A stretch of 64,000 nucleotides of DNA from Octopus sinensis. Its lineage: Eukaryota. The notes under the pieces were generated by a model that had not been told where the DNA came from, made no database searches, and was given only the letters and a program-made list of their open reading frames with translations. The first letter of the stretch is position 1, and each line of letters opens with the position of its first letter. Both the position numbers and the translations under genes were made by a program. Shown piece by piece: positions 1 through 13,317 of the stretch. Location: assembly GCF_006345805.1 (NCBI RefSeq), contig NC_043006.1, positions 63,488,001 through 63,552,000 on the forward strand, read 5' to 3'.

Positions 1-1978
1 CGTATGAATTATTTGGTGTTATTGATACGACTGCTCTCACACTAATTTGGAATGACACAAAACAGAAAGATTAGTAGAAATGAATGTCTCATTTCATCTT
101 GTCCGAGGTGTACAAGTTGGTGATAAAATTAATCAGAATCGGAATGGTAATTTGATCAATCTAAAATTATCAAAAGCTATCTTGACTCTTAAAAGACATA
201 AACATATTCCGTCTGGTAAACAAATTAAAAACTATGTATCTCTTTTTGGTCATCAACATCTAGATTATATACTTAGGTAGAGGTAAACATATTTAATACA
301 GTAACGGGGAAAAACGTCTAATCACTTAAAATTAAATCCGTACAGTAATTATTGTTAATGGTGCGGGAAACAACTTCGAAATTTATATTTAAAAAATGGG
401 TATGCAATGGGTTGTGAGTGGAATCGCTGGTAAGTAGTGTAACAATTCTGGACATGGTTCAGGCTTATTAGTTCTGAAATCAATACATATGTACTTAACT
501 TCATCGAAAAGGTCGAAAAAAGAGAAATATTACAATAGTCACTGTTGTAATAGACACTAATGAAAGGAATCAACCTAATGAAAGGAATCTGTTCCATATA
601 AATACTTATTCATTTCTTTCAATGGAATGTTTATTTAGTCGAATTCTATTGCAGACCATTCAGTTATGAGAAAAGAAAAGATACAAATATATTAATACGT
701 GCTACAAGTGGGTACACTTCACAAAATGTTGTTGCTGTCTTACTTCAAGTCAGCCTTGATCTTGCAAACCCATGATCAAAACCATTCCATCAGTGACCAT
801 CCTGTATTTGATTTCAACACAGTTTAAAAGCGACTACATTATCTAATGTCTCCCCCATTTACAGACGTTTGTATGTGACCTGAAAAAGACTTCCGTACCA
901 CTTTCAAAAGATCGAGGTACTATGTACAGACTCCGTCGTTTGGTTGTGATTGATGGGTGGTTTGGTGTTTGTTGTTGGTAGTCGTGGCAATGATGGTGTT
1001 GTGTTTAGCACAAGATCAGCCTCGAATGAACAGATCTATGGTCAAAGGCTTTTCAGTCATGGCCAGCCTATTTTTGTTCCAAGCCAAGTGTATTTCGGAC
1101 TACATTACCCAGCTCCCTTTTGTAAAATGGTAAGGATGTAATTGCAAGGAAATTTGCCTACTATTTCAAATGGTTCAAGCATAGATGCCCTCAGCGGCAA
1201 CTTAATTATTAAAAGAGAATGTCTCTATTTCCTAAACCAGGTAGCACAGTCTAGATTAAGAGGTAAGTAAAAATACTAAGACACGGAGTTAATTATATAA
1301 GGGGATAAGAGTTTTGCCTGAGCCCTGAGTTTAAATTCCTGTGTTCTTTCACAAGATTATCCTTTTAGCTTGGTTTACCTTTATCTAGTCTCCCTTTATT
1401 TATTTATTTATTTATTGCCATAATAGAAACTCTCTGCAAGACCGGTTAGATGTAGAATATTCCAGTTCTCATTGTGGAACAAATTTCCTCAACGCAGTCT
1501 CTTGTGTATATTTTTTTAATGCTTTTAAGATTTCTATTCGTTTCTTTTTCTATATTTTTTGTCTTTTTTTCATCTACTGTATAACAATGCTAAAATATAT
1601 ACGTTTTTTATAAGGAACCCATTATTGTAACATATAATTTTGTAATGTACCAGCTTGGAGAATCAAATAAAATTTCTAGGTAACGACCGATCTATCTATT
1701 CATCCTTTGTCGATATAATTTGCTTGCTTCTGGTTAGTTTGATGTTTAAGAAGTCATTTCTAGTTGATGTCGTCTGAAGTCTTTTAACTAATTTTTTTAT
1801 AACAGTTTTTTGTTGCATCTGTCATCACACTCATTATGCACATTATGAGTCTCTCTAGTCATAGTATACGTACTGTATTCACCATCCTGTCATTATTATT
1901 TTCAATACTTACGTCCATAAACGAGATGTTATTAACAATTCTGAGTTTATATGTAAATTTAAGTACAGATGCCACTTC

Positions 1979-2013
<35 letters not shown>

Positions 2014-3087
2014 CATTATATCATTCATAGCATCTCATCGATAAATCTACAATAAACTGTAGCAATTTTCTAACAAGGCAAGAAGTAGATTGCTTTGTTG
2101 GTATCTAGTCCTAGATCAACCTTAATCGAATTGAAATATGGTCAAAGGTAGATATAGTTTTACTTTAAGTGAGATTATCACTGCATAGATGGCCGTACGG
2201 TTAAGAGCTTTAATTCATAACCACGTGTTCGATTTCATAGTAAGGCAAATTAGGATGAGTGTCTTTTTATCATTGCCTTGGATGGAATCAAGTACTATGA
2301 TTGGTAATAGTTAGACAGAAACTGTCTATTCTTTAATCCGTTTCCCCATTTTAAAGCTACCACCACGCCATTGGTGAGGTGGTGCCTTTAGTAGAATCCA
2401 CTCTGTTTCAAATATTGGAAATAGAGCTCGAGTTTCTTTTAATCAATCACCACCATTCTCAGAGTTCCTGTAAAAAGATGACTGACACTGTCACTTCTCT
2501 CTATTAAAAAATCAAATTGTATCACGGTTTAAATTATTCAATGTGATCTTATATTTTTAAGACTATGAAATGAGATTCGAGTGATATGTGGCTTCTATTT
2601 CTCGAAGATTAAGCAACTACGGTGAACTAAAATGGGTACCTCTTTATTATATCTCAATCTGCAAGAAAGGACAGTGATATCTCCTTCAGATGCCATCCTA
2701 CTGCCATATATCTTTTATCCTTTATTTTTTACTTGTTTCAGACATTAGACAGCGGTCATGCTGGGGTACCGTCTTTAAGAATTTGTAACCGAATGAATCG
2801 ACACCAGTACTTATGTTTTTGTTGAATCTGGTACTTATTCTATCCGTCACTTTTGCCGAACCGCTAAGTTACAGGAGGTAAACACACCAATACCGGTTGG
2901 TAATCGGCGGTGGTAGGGACACACAGACACGAACTCTCACACACACACACACACACACATGCAGGTGTTAATCAAATATTTACACTTCCGACATATGTTT
3001 CGAAGAAAACATTGGTATTATTCCAGAAGGAATAAAATGATGTAAAACAATGCAATCTTCTCATCAGGGAAAAAAAGAGAAACAAAA

Positions 3088-3454
3088 CGCATCAATAAGA
3101 TATTTAAACCGAATGTCTCTCTCTCTATCCGCTCAGTCGAAGTCGACTCTCGGTCACTCGTTGGATCAGTGTCCTCCAGTCAGTTCTATCCTGGGCCGCT
3201 TCTCTCAGATTGGCTATGTCCATTCCGGTATCACTCTTGATGGTGTCACGCCAGCGGGTTCTTAGTCGGCCTCTTCCTCTCTTGCCACTGACCATTCCGA
3301 GCATGATGTCCTTCTCCAGGGATTTTCTCCGCATAATATGACCGAAATATGCCAATCTATGCTTGGTGATCCTAGCTTCTAGCGGCATTTTCGGTCTTAT
3401 CTGCTTAAGAACTTCTCCATTGATGAGCCTCGCTGTCCATGGAATCCGTAAAAG
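3088..3454 (-). mobile_element. 5'-truncated RTE/BovB-like LINE 3' end
   Basis: RIPWTARLINGEVLKQIRPKMPLEARITKHRLAYFGHIMRRKSLEKDIMLGMVSGKRGRGRLRTRWRD..RVTESRLRLSG* resembles the BovB ORF C-terminus; short UTR; flanked by 110-bp direct repeats. Confidence 0.9.
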
Positions 3455-3859
3455 TATTTATACTTCCGACATATGCTTCGAAGAAAACATTGGTATTATT
3501 CCAGGAGGAATAAAATGATGTAAAACAATGCAATCTTTTCATCGGGAGAAAAAGAGAAACAAAATGTAATGTAATTACTGCATATATAATGAAGGGAACG
3601 CTGGTACCTTATTTTTTTTAAAAACCTTAATATATATAAAGTCAAAGGTAATTTATAGAAAGAGAAGGAGGAAGAGAGAAATTAGCAGAGAATTAAAAGT
3701 GGAGAAATAGAGTGCAATAGGCGAATAGGAATAAAGGTTAAAGGCATGGGAATAGATATATTTAGTGGAAATGAAATGTAGGAAGTCAGTTAAAGGTCGA
3801 ATTTTATAGACTGGTAGAAATCACTTATAGGGACTATAAAGAAACTCGTCGTATATATT

Positions 3860-5131
3860 TTGGGTTGTCCGGAAAGTTCGTGCCGATTTTTAAAAGAAAG
3901 TAAAAGGTCAATAAATACTTGCCATTACATTTTTAATCAACCAAATATGACCCAATTTGTTGCACAATGCGTCTCCATTTTTCCTTTTACTTGAAAATAC
4001 CCTCTTCCCAGAATTAAGGTGGTTTCATGGCAAAGAATTCATCAAGGTATCTTTTTACGTCATCCAAGGAATTGAAATTTTTACCATTAAGACTATTCTG
4101 CAGAGACCTGAATAAGTGGAAATCCGAAGGAGCAATATCTGGTGAATATGGAGGGTGGGGTAACACATCCCAGCCGAGCTGCAGCAATTTTTGTCTGGTT
4201 CCAAAGAAATGTGCGGTCTTGTTGGAAAATAACACCCTTCCTGTTGGCCAATTCTGGACGTTTCTCTTGAATTGCTGCTTTTAACTCGTCCAGTTTTGAG
4301 CAGTATTTTCAGAATTAATTGTCTGGTTACTTGGGAGAAGCTCATAGTACAGAATTCCTTTCCAATCCCACCAGAGGCAAAGCAAGACTTTTTTAAGGTG
4401 AAGACCCGCTTTTGGGGTGGCTTAGGGTGGCTCATGTCGCTTACTCCAGGATCACTTTCTCTGAACATTTCGGTAGATAATCCTTTTCTCATCACCTGTC
4501 AAAATTTGTTTTAAAAAAGGCACGTTTTCATTCCGTTTAAAAAGCGAATCACAGATGGAAATGCGATCCAAAAGGTTCTTCTCACTCAACTCATGTGGTT
4601 CCCAAACATCGTAACGATTTGTGTATCCTAGGCTTTACCAGGTGATCGTGAACGACGGATTTTGATAGGTTGAGGCTTTCTGCCAATTCTTGGGTTGTGC
4701 AATGTGGGTTATTCTCAATTAATGACTTGATTTGGTCATCATCTGTAGTGGATGGTCAGTCTGATCACTCTTTATCAATAAGGCTACAATCTCCAGCTCG
4801 AAACCTTGCGAACCACTTCCGTACAGTTCATTCGGATAAAGAAACATCTCCGTAAACTGCGCATATTTCTGTTTGCTTGTGAGGCATTTTCCCTTTACAG
4901 AAAAAGAAAAGCATCAAGTGCCGTAAAAATGAACTTTCTTATCTTCCATTTTAAAGGGTTACAGAATTAACACAGGTTATAGGAACATAAACCTTCTTCC
5001 ACGAAAAGATAGCTTAAACTGTGCCCTAAATAGAGGTATAGTCAAATCTTATTTTATAGACTCAACCGTGTTCTAAAATAAGTCGAAACGTAAGCTACTA
5101 TAAATAGGCACGAACTTTCCGGACAACCCAA
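3860..5131 (-). mobile_element. Full-length degenerate mariner, mellifera-subfamily-like (transposase pseudogene about 4949..3933)
   Basis: 25-bp TIR TTGGGTTGTCCGGAAAGTTCGTGCC at both ends, TA on right, 1272 bp; MEDKKVHF.., TGDEK, HPPYSPDIAPSDFHLFRSLQNSLNGKNF; many stops and frameshifts. Confidence 0.93.
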
Positions 5132-5172
5132 TATATATACATACATATATATATGTATGTATATATATATGT

Positions 5173-5216
<44 letters not shown>

Positions 5217-5276
5217 GTATATACGTGTGTGTGAATATGTGTGTGTGTGCGTGTGTGCTTGCGTGTGTGTGTGTGT

Positions 5277-6093
5277 ATTTATTTTCGTAGTTTCCTGCTC
5301 AGTCCTGCGGCAATGCTGATGCACCGCCGTTTTGCTTCATTGTTATTATTGAGAGCCTCCTCTAATGTGTGACATTTCGTGAATAAGGGAGTTTGGTGTC
5401 GCTACCATCATTTCCACCTCTTGCCGCGAGCTGGGTTCATCTGGGACTCTCGACAGAAAGAAGTCCAGTTTTGATTTGAAAACACGTACATCCACTTTGT
5501 GTAGGTCCTTCAGTCGGTTTGGGCGAATATTAAAAAGCTGTAAGCACTTGAAACCCAGGCTGTTGCAGTAACTGGTCCTGAAGCGTGATGGCATTGCTGG
5601 GATTTTTGGCACTGTGCAGTGTCGACCCCTTCTGACATAGGTGTAGCTTTCAATGCCAAAATTTGGTACAATTCTTTCCAGGATCTTCCAGATGTATATT
5701 ACTGCATACCTCTCCCGCCTTCGCTCCAGGAAGTAGAGTCTTAGCTGTCTCAGTCTTTCCCAATAGTTGAGCTGTTACAATGAGACGATCTTCTTTGTGA
5801 AGCTTCGCTGGATTGCTTCAAGGTCCGCTGTTATTTTACACTGTTGGGTGACCATAGCTGGGAGCAGTAGTCCAGGCGGCTGAGGACGAATGTCCTCTAG
5901 AGGACCATCATGGTTTCCCTCTCTCTGGTTCTGAACGTTCTCAGAATCCAGCCAGCCAGCAGTCTGCACTTTGTGGCCATCCTGGTAATGTGCACTTGGA
6001 AAGAGGTTTCATCACTCATGTCGATACCCAGGTCCCTCACTAATTTAGGCTCTAGGATTGTAATCCCCTGTGGACCTGTGTACACAGCATATG

Positions 6094-6095
<2 letters not shown>
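5277..6095 (-). mobile_element. CR1/L2-group LINE 3' fragment (RT thumb and C-terminus)
   Basis: VRDLGIDMSDETSFQVHI.., SRLDYCSQLWSP, YWERLRQLRLYFLERRRERY, FKSKLDFFL..VPDEP; ends in AATAAA plus (CA)n. Confidence 0.85.
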
Positions 6096-6182
<87 letters not shown>

Positions 6183-6304
6183 CCACACACACACACACAT
6201 ATATATATATGTATATATGCATGTGTATATACACAACATATGTGTGTATGTGTGTGAGCGCGCGCATGAGAGAGAAGTGTGAAATATTTCTATGTGTGTA
6301 CATA

Positions 6305-6343
<39 letters not shown>

Positions 6344-6415
6344 TATAAGTTACAACAAAAGAATGAGACCTCGATATTAGGTAAGTAGAGGATTATTTAT
6401 ACATGTATAGTTTAG

Positions 6416-6586
6416 GACGATCAGTAAGTTGTCATAATAGTTCTCGAAGTTTCAAATGCCGGAGCTAAGAGCTACGATGCATTCTCATTGGCTATTAATG
6501 CCATTAAGAGCCGATGAGAATGCATCATAGCTCTTAGCTCCGGCATTTGAAACTCCGAATACTGTTATGACAACTCACTGATTGTC
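6416..6586. repeat. 171-bp near-perfect palindrome (hairpin/MITE-like element)
   Basis: 80-nt core arms 6421-6500 and 6502-6581 are reverse complements with 8 mismatches and a 1-nt loop; partial copy near 11740-11815. Confidence 0.9.
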
Positions 6587-6823
6587 GGTGTGGCGTGTCT
6601 GTTGTCTCTGCGGTTGTTATCGCCGTGGTGGTTGTCTCTGACCATAGGGTTGGCGTTGTTGCTGCCGGCGGTGGTGTAGGTACCGTTGCTGGTAATGTAG
6701 GGTGTGGGAGCCGGTTATTCCTCGGTGCCGTTGTTATTTCTGGTGTTTCTGCCACTGTCGTTGCCTCCGGTGCCGTTGTTGTTGTTGTTGTTGTTGGACG
6801 GTACGTTGTTGTTATTGTATAAA

Positions 6824-7239
6824 GGCGGCGAGCTGGCAGAAACGTTAGCACGCTGGACAAAATGCGTAGCGGTATTTCGTCTGCCGTTACGTTCTGAGTT
6901 CAAATTCCGCCGAGGTTGACTTTGCCTTTCATCCTTTCGGGGTCGATTAAATAAGTACTAGTTACGCACTGGGGTCGATGTAATAGACTTAATCCGTTTG
7001 TCTGTCCTTGTTTGTCCTCTCTGTGTTCAGCCCCTTGTGGGTAGTAAAGAAACAGGTATTTCGTCTGCCGTTACGTTCTGAGTTCAAATTCCGCCGAGGT
7101 TGACTTTGCCTTTCATCCTTTCGGGGTCGATTAAACAAGTACCAGTTACGCACTGGGGTCGATGTAATCGACTTAATACCTATGTCTGTCCTTGTTTGTC
7201 CCCTCTATGTTTAGCCCCTTGTGAGTAATAAAGAAATAG
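6824..7239 (+). mobile_element. tRNA-derived SINE plus a tandem 5'-truncated second copy
   Basis: A-box-like TGGCAGAAACGTTAGC, B-box-like GAGTTCAAATTCC, central CTTTGCCTTTCATCCTTTCGGGGTCGAT; second unit starts about 7056; related copies at about 36670-36854(-), 46870-47000, 56200-56420, 59830-59920, 61900-62060, 63195-63400. Confidence 0.85.
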
Positions 7240-7845
7240 GTACGTTGTTGTTATTATGGTTGCCAGTATTTGTGGCTGTGTGGATGTGTGAATGTGCTAC
7301 ATATTTGATTTTAAAAGTGTGTGACTTGAATGAACTGACTGCTGCGGTTTTTCTTTCCTCTTGTGACTTTGCACATGTATATGTGTGTGTTTGTGAGTTT
7401 GTATCTGAATGTGAGTGTCCATGTGAACGTAATGTGTTTGTGTTTGTAAGTACGCCTATCAATGTTTGTGTACATTTGTGTGTGTCCGTATTTATTCAGT
7501 GTGCATATTTATCTGCATATGTGCACGTATGTCCTTATATACATTTGTTAGTGTCCGTGTCACAGTGAGCGTTTATGAATTAGTGTGTGTGATTATACAT
7601 ACTAATATTGGCAAGTGTTTGTCTGATCGAGTACGAGAGAGGCTCGTCAACGCCTCTCTCGAATTCTCTCTCACTCTTTCTCATTCCCTATCTCTCTCTC
7701 TCCATCACTCTTGATATCTCTATCTTACAATATTTCTTCGTGTGCTTGAATGTGTGTACGCGTGGGGTGCGCGCGTATGCGTGTGTCTATGTGTGCGCAT
7801 GTGTGTTTGTGTGTATGTGTATGTGTGTGCGTGTGTTAAACAATG

Positions 7846-7917
<72 letters not shown>

Positions 7918-8479
7918 GAGAGAGAGAGAGATAGAGAGAAAGAAAGCTTTGGCGATGCGTAAACTGCCATCAGCCATTTCTTCCCTTTCCACAGTTAAAC
8001 ACACATGAGAAGACTATTGACGACAAAACCTTCAAAGAAGAATTTACTTTTCAAAAAGAATGATAATTAATAATGTTAGAAATTTTGAATAATGTTTTAG
8101 CGCTTGTTTTTTTTTTAAATTAATTCTGTTGCTATCTTTTGCATATATTTTTTCTCTCTCAGAATTGAGTCATTTTGAGTAGTTTAAATGAAATTTCTAA
8201 TTTTACGGACTTGAATTCAGAAGATAATCACTTTAAATATCATGTTACGCGGTTAGTGTGCTTTTCCCTAGATTACATTATCTGTTGTTCTATAATTCTA
8301 ACATCAGTGACATTTTGAGTGTACTCTGATCTAATCTCTTTAGTTTCCTAGGTCCTATGAGTCTTTGTTCTATCATCCAATGTTCTACGACAATGATGCT
8401 CAGATACCGTACATAGCAAACGAAATCAACTGCTACAATGAACGACACAAAGGTTCGAAGTTCTCCTTCTTATCGAATA

Positions 8480-8874
8480 CTAGCAGTATCGCCCGACGTT
8501 GCTCGGGTTTTGTAAGGGAAATAACTATATAAGCATTTTTAGAGAGTTATAGCCAAAAAATAGCAAGAAAATGCATTAAAAATGAAAAAAAAATTATGGT
8601 AATTTTTTTTTAAATCGTTAAGTCATCGTAGACATTTTTAGAGAGTTACTTCCCTTATATAATATCGAAAAAGTGCATTAAAATGGAAAAAATGATGGTA
8701 ATTTTTTTTTTATCGTAGACTCATCGTAGACGCGCGCTAATACCCAGAAGGGCTCGATATGAATCACGACTATAAGATACCCGGTTTTGGTTAAACTACA
8801 CCGCAAAATGTGGGAGTAGTTAGGAATCTAAATCGTAGGAGACAGACACACAACTTGACTTTTATATATAAAGA
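8480..8874 (-). mobile_element. Non-autonomous Helitron
   Basis: 5' TC(TTTATATATAAAA), 3' CCCGAGCAACGTCGGG hairpin then CTAG, inserted between A and T; internal about 95-bp tandem duplication. Confidence 0.85.
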
Positions 8875-9464
8875 TTTTTATGTAGTTCGTCCCTACACTG
8901 CCAGTATACAATGGCGTAAACTATACACTTCCGCTGACCATAAGTATTCAGAGTTGTCTCCCTGCTTGCCTAGCTAGAGATGAATGTTGGATAACTCCTA
9001 CTAGTTTTCTCCAATCACAGTATTTAACTCAACTGTGATTATTTCTGATGTTGAAAACATTGGAAATAATTAAGCCTATCTTTTTCTAATTCCTTCTACA
9101 GACAAGCGGCTTCAGATTTTTCGCAAGCAAAATCGGATTTACGAATTGTGGGTTTCACATTGTGCCTTGCATCAAAATACTTCATTTAATGTTACTCCAT
9201 GTAACATGTACTAAAAATGAGTACCAACCGAGTACTTATACTGCTCTCTTTCCTCAATGTTTCGCAGGAAGAGAGAGATAAGAGAGTGCCTATGCGTGCT
9301 TGCAACTACATAAGCGCCTAAAAAGATTGGTAAAAGTATAATACAAGATACCTAGTCATACTGCTTGTGAGTGATGGCTATGGTTTGGTAAAATAGCTAC
9401 ATTCAACAATTGAAACGCAGCTTAGATGTTCTGGCTCACTAGAAGCTTATCTATTGTTCTAAAG

Positions 9465-10092
9465 CAATATTTCTCAACCAGTTTTCCCTATGGACCCTTT
9501 GATTTCTATTTTACTCTTTCTGGGACCTTGAAGGATAACCGGTGGTTATAGAAGCGTCACTCGAAGGCTGTGCTGGTCGGTCCGATATATTTACAGGCTT
9601 AGGTGCTGGCTATGTTCGCATTCCTGGCGCATCTCTGGTCGCCACCGGGCCTGGGGATGGTGTTGCCACTGGTGTTGTTGGGGCTGCCGTCAGTGTTGCT
9701 ATAATTAGGGCGCGCTGATCCGTCGGTGTGGCGTGTCTGTTGTCTCTGCGGTTCTTATCGCCGTGGTGGTTGTCTCTGGCCATAGGGTTGGCGTTGTTGC
9801 TGCCGGCAGTGGTGTTGGTACCGTTGCTGGTAATGTAGGGTGTGGAACCGGTTATTCCTCGGTGCCGTTATTATTTCTGTTGTTTCTGCCACTGTCGTCG
9901 CCTCCTTCATAGCCATTTGATGTCTAAAAACTAATATATTTTTATGATTAAATATTATTACGAATTATGTTAAAAATTGTGTAAATATGTTGTGTATTGT
10001 AGAAATATAACCAGTTTCTTGCACATAAATTTTAACAGCAAACTCTTCTATGGACCCCAAAGGGTTATATGGACTACGGTTAAGAAACACTG
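9465..10092. mobile_element. hAT (Charlie-like) MITE carrying a nested GC-rich insert (about 9530-9905)
   Basis: Imperfect TIR CAATATTTCTCAACC / GGTTAAGAAACACTG; 8-bp TSD TTCTAAAG / TTCTAGAG (NTCTAGAN type). Confidence 0.75.
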
Positions 10093-10247
10093 TTCTAGAG
10101 TATACGTTTTCCACTTATCAACAAAGAAATGCAGATTCAAAAGTTACAGGAATATGAGGTCAAAGATTACCGGAGTGGCTAAGAAATTTTGCTGCAAATC
10201 ACTGAAGACTAGCTATGAATAATAACCTGTGTTTATTTTTGTCATAA

Positions 10248-10669
<422 letters not shown>

Positions 10670-10692
10670 AGTCAGCAGGCCGACAATCAATA

Positions 10693-10724
<32 letters not shown>

Positions 10725-11029
10725 CTACATATGTGAGAAATTCTGTCTGTGGATGTGTTTGTGGAGTTGTTAGCTAACTCTTCCATGTCGTAAACTTGTG
10801 GGGTTGCATGGGGTTGATGTTTGTATGGTGTGGACTTCTTCGAGTTTTATTGTAGGTTATGTGTTGATTTCTATCTACTTGTCTCTTGTTCCATGTGTGT
10901 ATCCATTTAGGTCGTCCAGCGTAATGTGTTGGTGGTTGTTCATATTCTGTTTGCTCTCTCCATATGTTATAGGTTGTAGGTTGTATGTGTCTTGTTTGTC
11001 TTGCTGTTTGTGTGTCTATCTTAAAAACA

Positions 11030-11165
11030 TAAAAACTTCCTACTAGAACAGAAATACCCACTCAAATTAATAGAAAACGGAATCTCAAGAGCAATGAAAC
11101 TGGACATCACACAACTCAGAACTTCAAACCAGAAAACATCATCCCACTCATAAACACACTGTCAT
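11030..11165 (+). mobile_element. Probable Penelope-like RT C-terminal fragment
   Basis: Translates to FLLEQKYPLKLIENGISRAMKLDITQLRTS.., resembling the L..Q.YP..LI..GI..A region of PLE RTs (from memory). Confidence 0.45.
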
Positions 11166-11179
11166 GAAATGCTAAAGTG

Positions 11180-11445
11180 TAGATTTATTCAATAAAATCG
11201 CCATTGGTTGCAACCACGGCTTCCAAACAATTTCGGAATCTCCTGTTCAACTTTGGTGTTACAAGGACATTTGTTGGTCTTTCGTTCAACTGCGACCCAC
11301 ACATAATAATCAAGGGGGCTGTAGTCTGGGGAGTTAGGTGGCCTGCTGCATGGGGTGATGTTGTCGCAGAAATTGTTTCACGGCCATGACTGGGTTCTCT
11401 TGCTTATGTGGCATAGTGCAGAACCCTGTTGCCAGTCTAGGGTCT
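11180..11445 (-). mobile_element. Tc1/mariner (maT/DD37D-like) transposase 3' fragment
   Basis: QQGSALCH...PPNSPDYSPLDYYVWVAVERKTNKCPCNTK, ending ..NQWRFY*. Confidence 0.7.
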
Positions 11446-11876
11446 TCCAGCAGCTACCCTCTTGACCCCGGGCAGCACTATCAGCAGCCACCTTCTTGAC
11501 CCCGAGCAGCACTACACCCTCCTATCACACACCTACACCTGCACATATACAAACATATGCATATCGGTATAAATGAAGTAGGGTGTGTCTGAAAATCACA
11601 CTTATGCACTGGGCACAGTCTTAGACTCATATGCATACCTATACACATACACATATATTCACAAACGCACACATATATACATATATATTTTTCCCGCCTA
11701 TTAGAGTTACTTCCCTTTTATTCAACGGTTTGTCATAGCGTTTGTTGCCATTAATAGCCGACGAGAATGTATCGTAGCTCTTCGCTCCGACATTTGAAAC
11801 TCCGAGTACTATAATGACTACCTTTTACTGTTTGTTCTACATTATAAATACACACACACACACACACACATATGTA

Positions 11877-13181
11877 CGAGGGAAGTTCAATAAGTAATGC
11901 TCCTGACCCACTTGCAGTTGTTTGATTTAGCTGAAATTTTGCATGTGCAATTATTTATATCTCTATAGATTAAGTGGCAAATTACAGCTCTGAACTAATT
12001 GTGGTTTCTGATTTACAGGTGTTTGAACTGAGTCAAGCGTGAAATGGAGCCTGTTGAGTGTCGAGCAGTGATCCGGTTTTTGTATTTGAAAGGACGCACA
12101 CCACGGGAGACTTTTGATGAAATGAAAGTAACTTATGGTGACGATGCCCCATCATATGACCTTGTAAAACGCTGGCATCGTGAATTCAAACATGGTCGGA
12201 ACTCTGTGGAAACAGCTCCCAGATCTGGTCGCCCTCCTTCTGCCATTGATGAGGCATCTGTCCGTCAAGTTGAGGTTGCCATTTTGGAAGATCGACGCAT
12301 AACTATTCGCCAAATAGCCCATGAGGTCAAGATTAGTACCGCGTCTGTGGAAACTATCATTCATGACCATTTGCATATGCAAAAGTTGTCTGCCAGATGA
12401 ATTCCCAGGTTGCTCACACCTTTACAGAAGCAAGAACGCGTCGAGTGCTCGAGGATGAATTTGGAGATATGCCAAGAAGATGAGTCAAAATTTTTCAAAA
12501 GACTGATTACACAGGATTTAATCTGGGTCCATCACTATAATCCAGAGACCAAAGCCCAGTTAATGCAGTGGAAGCACCGTGACTCACCTCCTCCAAAGAA
12601 GGTAAGGGTGCAGCCCTCCGCTGGCAAGGTCATGCTCACAGTCTTCTGGGACCAGGACGGAGTAGTGATGACAGATTTCCTGGCAAAGGGTACCACAATT
12701 ACAGGAGTCTATTATGCTTCACTTTTGAGGAAATTAAGAGAAGCTATCAAAATCAAGAGGCGGGGCAAGATCAGCAAAGGCATCCTCCTCCTGCAGGACA
12801 ACGCTCCGGTCCACAACTCGCATGTCGCCAGATCAGAAGCACAGGCGTGCGGCTATGAACTCCTCCCCCACCCCCCACCCCCCACCCCTACTCTCCTGAC
12901 CTTGTACCCACTGATTTTCACCTCTTCCCAGCCATTAAGTTGTTTTTGAAAGGAAAGCGTTTCCTAGATGATGCAGCCTTGATTTCTGAAGTCACGTCGT
13001 GGTTGGAGGACCAAGCTGGGGTCTTCTACAAAAAACAGTCTCCAGAGCTGCATCAAACGATGAGAAAAATTCATAACTCTGAGTGGTTCCTATGTAGAAA
13101 AAGACTAGTAACTGTGCCAAGTTTCGTTGCTCTACTGCGATGGGAAGTGGGTCAGGGGCATTACTTATTGAACGCCCCTCG
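11877..13181 (+). mobile_element. Full-length mariner, irritans-subfamily-like; transposase pseudogene 12044..13108
   Basis: TIR CGAGGG..GTTCAATAAGTAATGC at both ends, TA on both sides, 1305 bp; HTH RSGRP, AR*IPRLLT (WVPR motif), TQD, QDNAP, YSPDLVPTD. Confidence 0.95.
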
Positions 13182-13317
13182 TATATACGTGTGCGCGCGT
13201 GAAAGTATTATCTTTGCGTTTATATTTGTCCCAACAATCGCTTGACAATCAGTATTGGTTCGTTTATTCCCCGTAACTTTATGGTTCAGCAAAAAAAGAC
13301 CGCAAGGATAAGTAGCA

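Noticed and set aside
395-435. ATG...CTG|gtaagt, a possible short first exon on the plus strand (MGMQWVVSGIA)
   Set aside because: No downstream exon or homology found; a single donor-like site is expected by chance.
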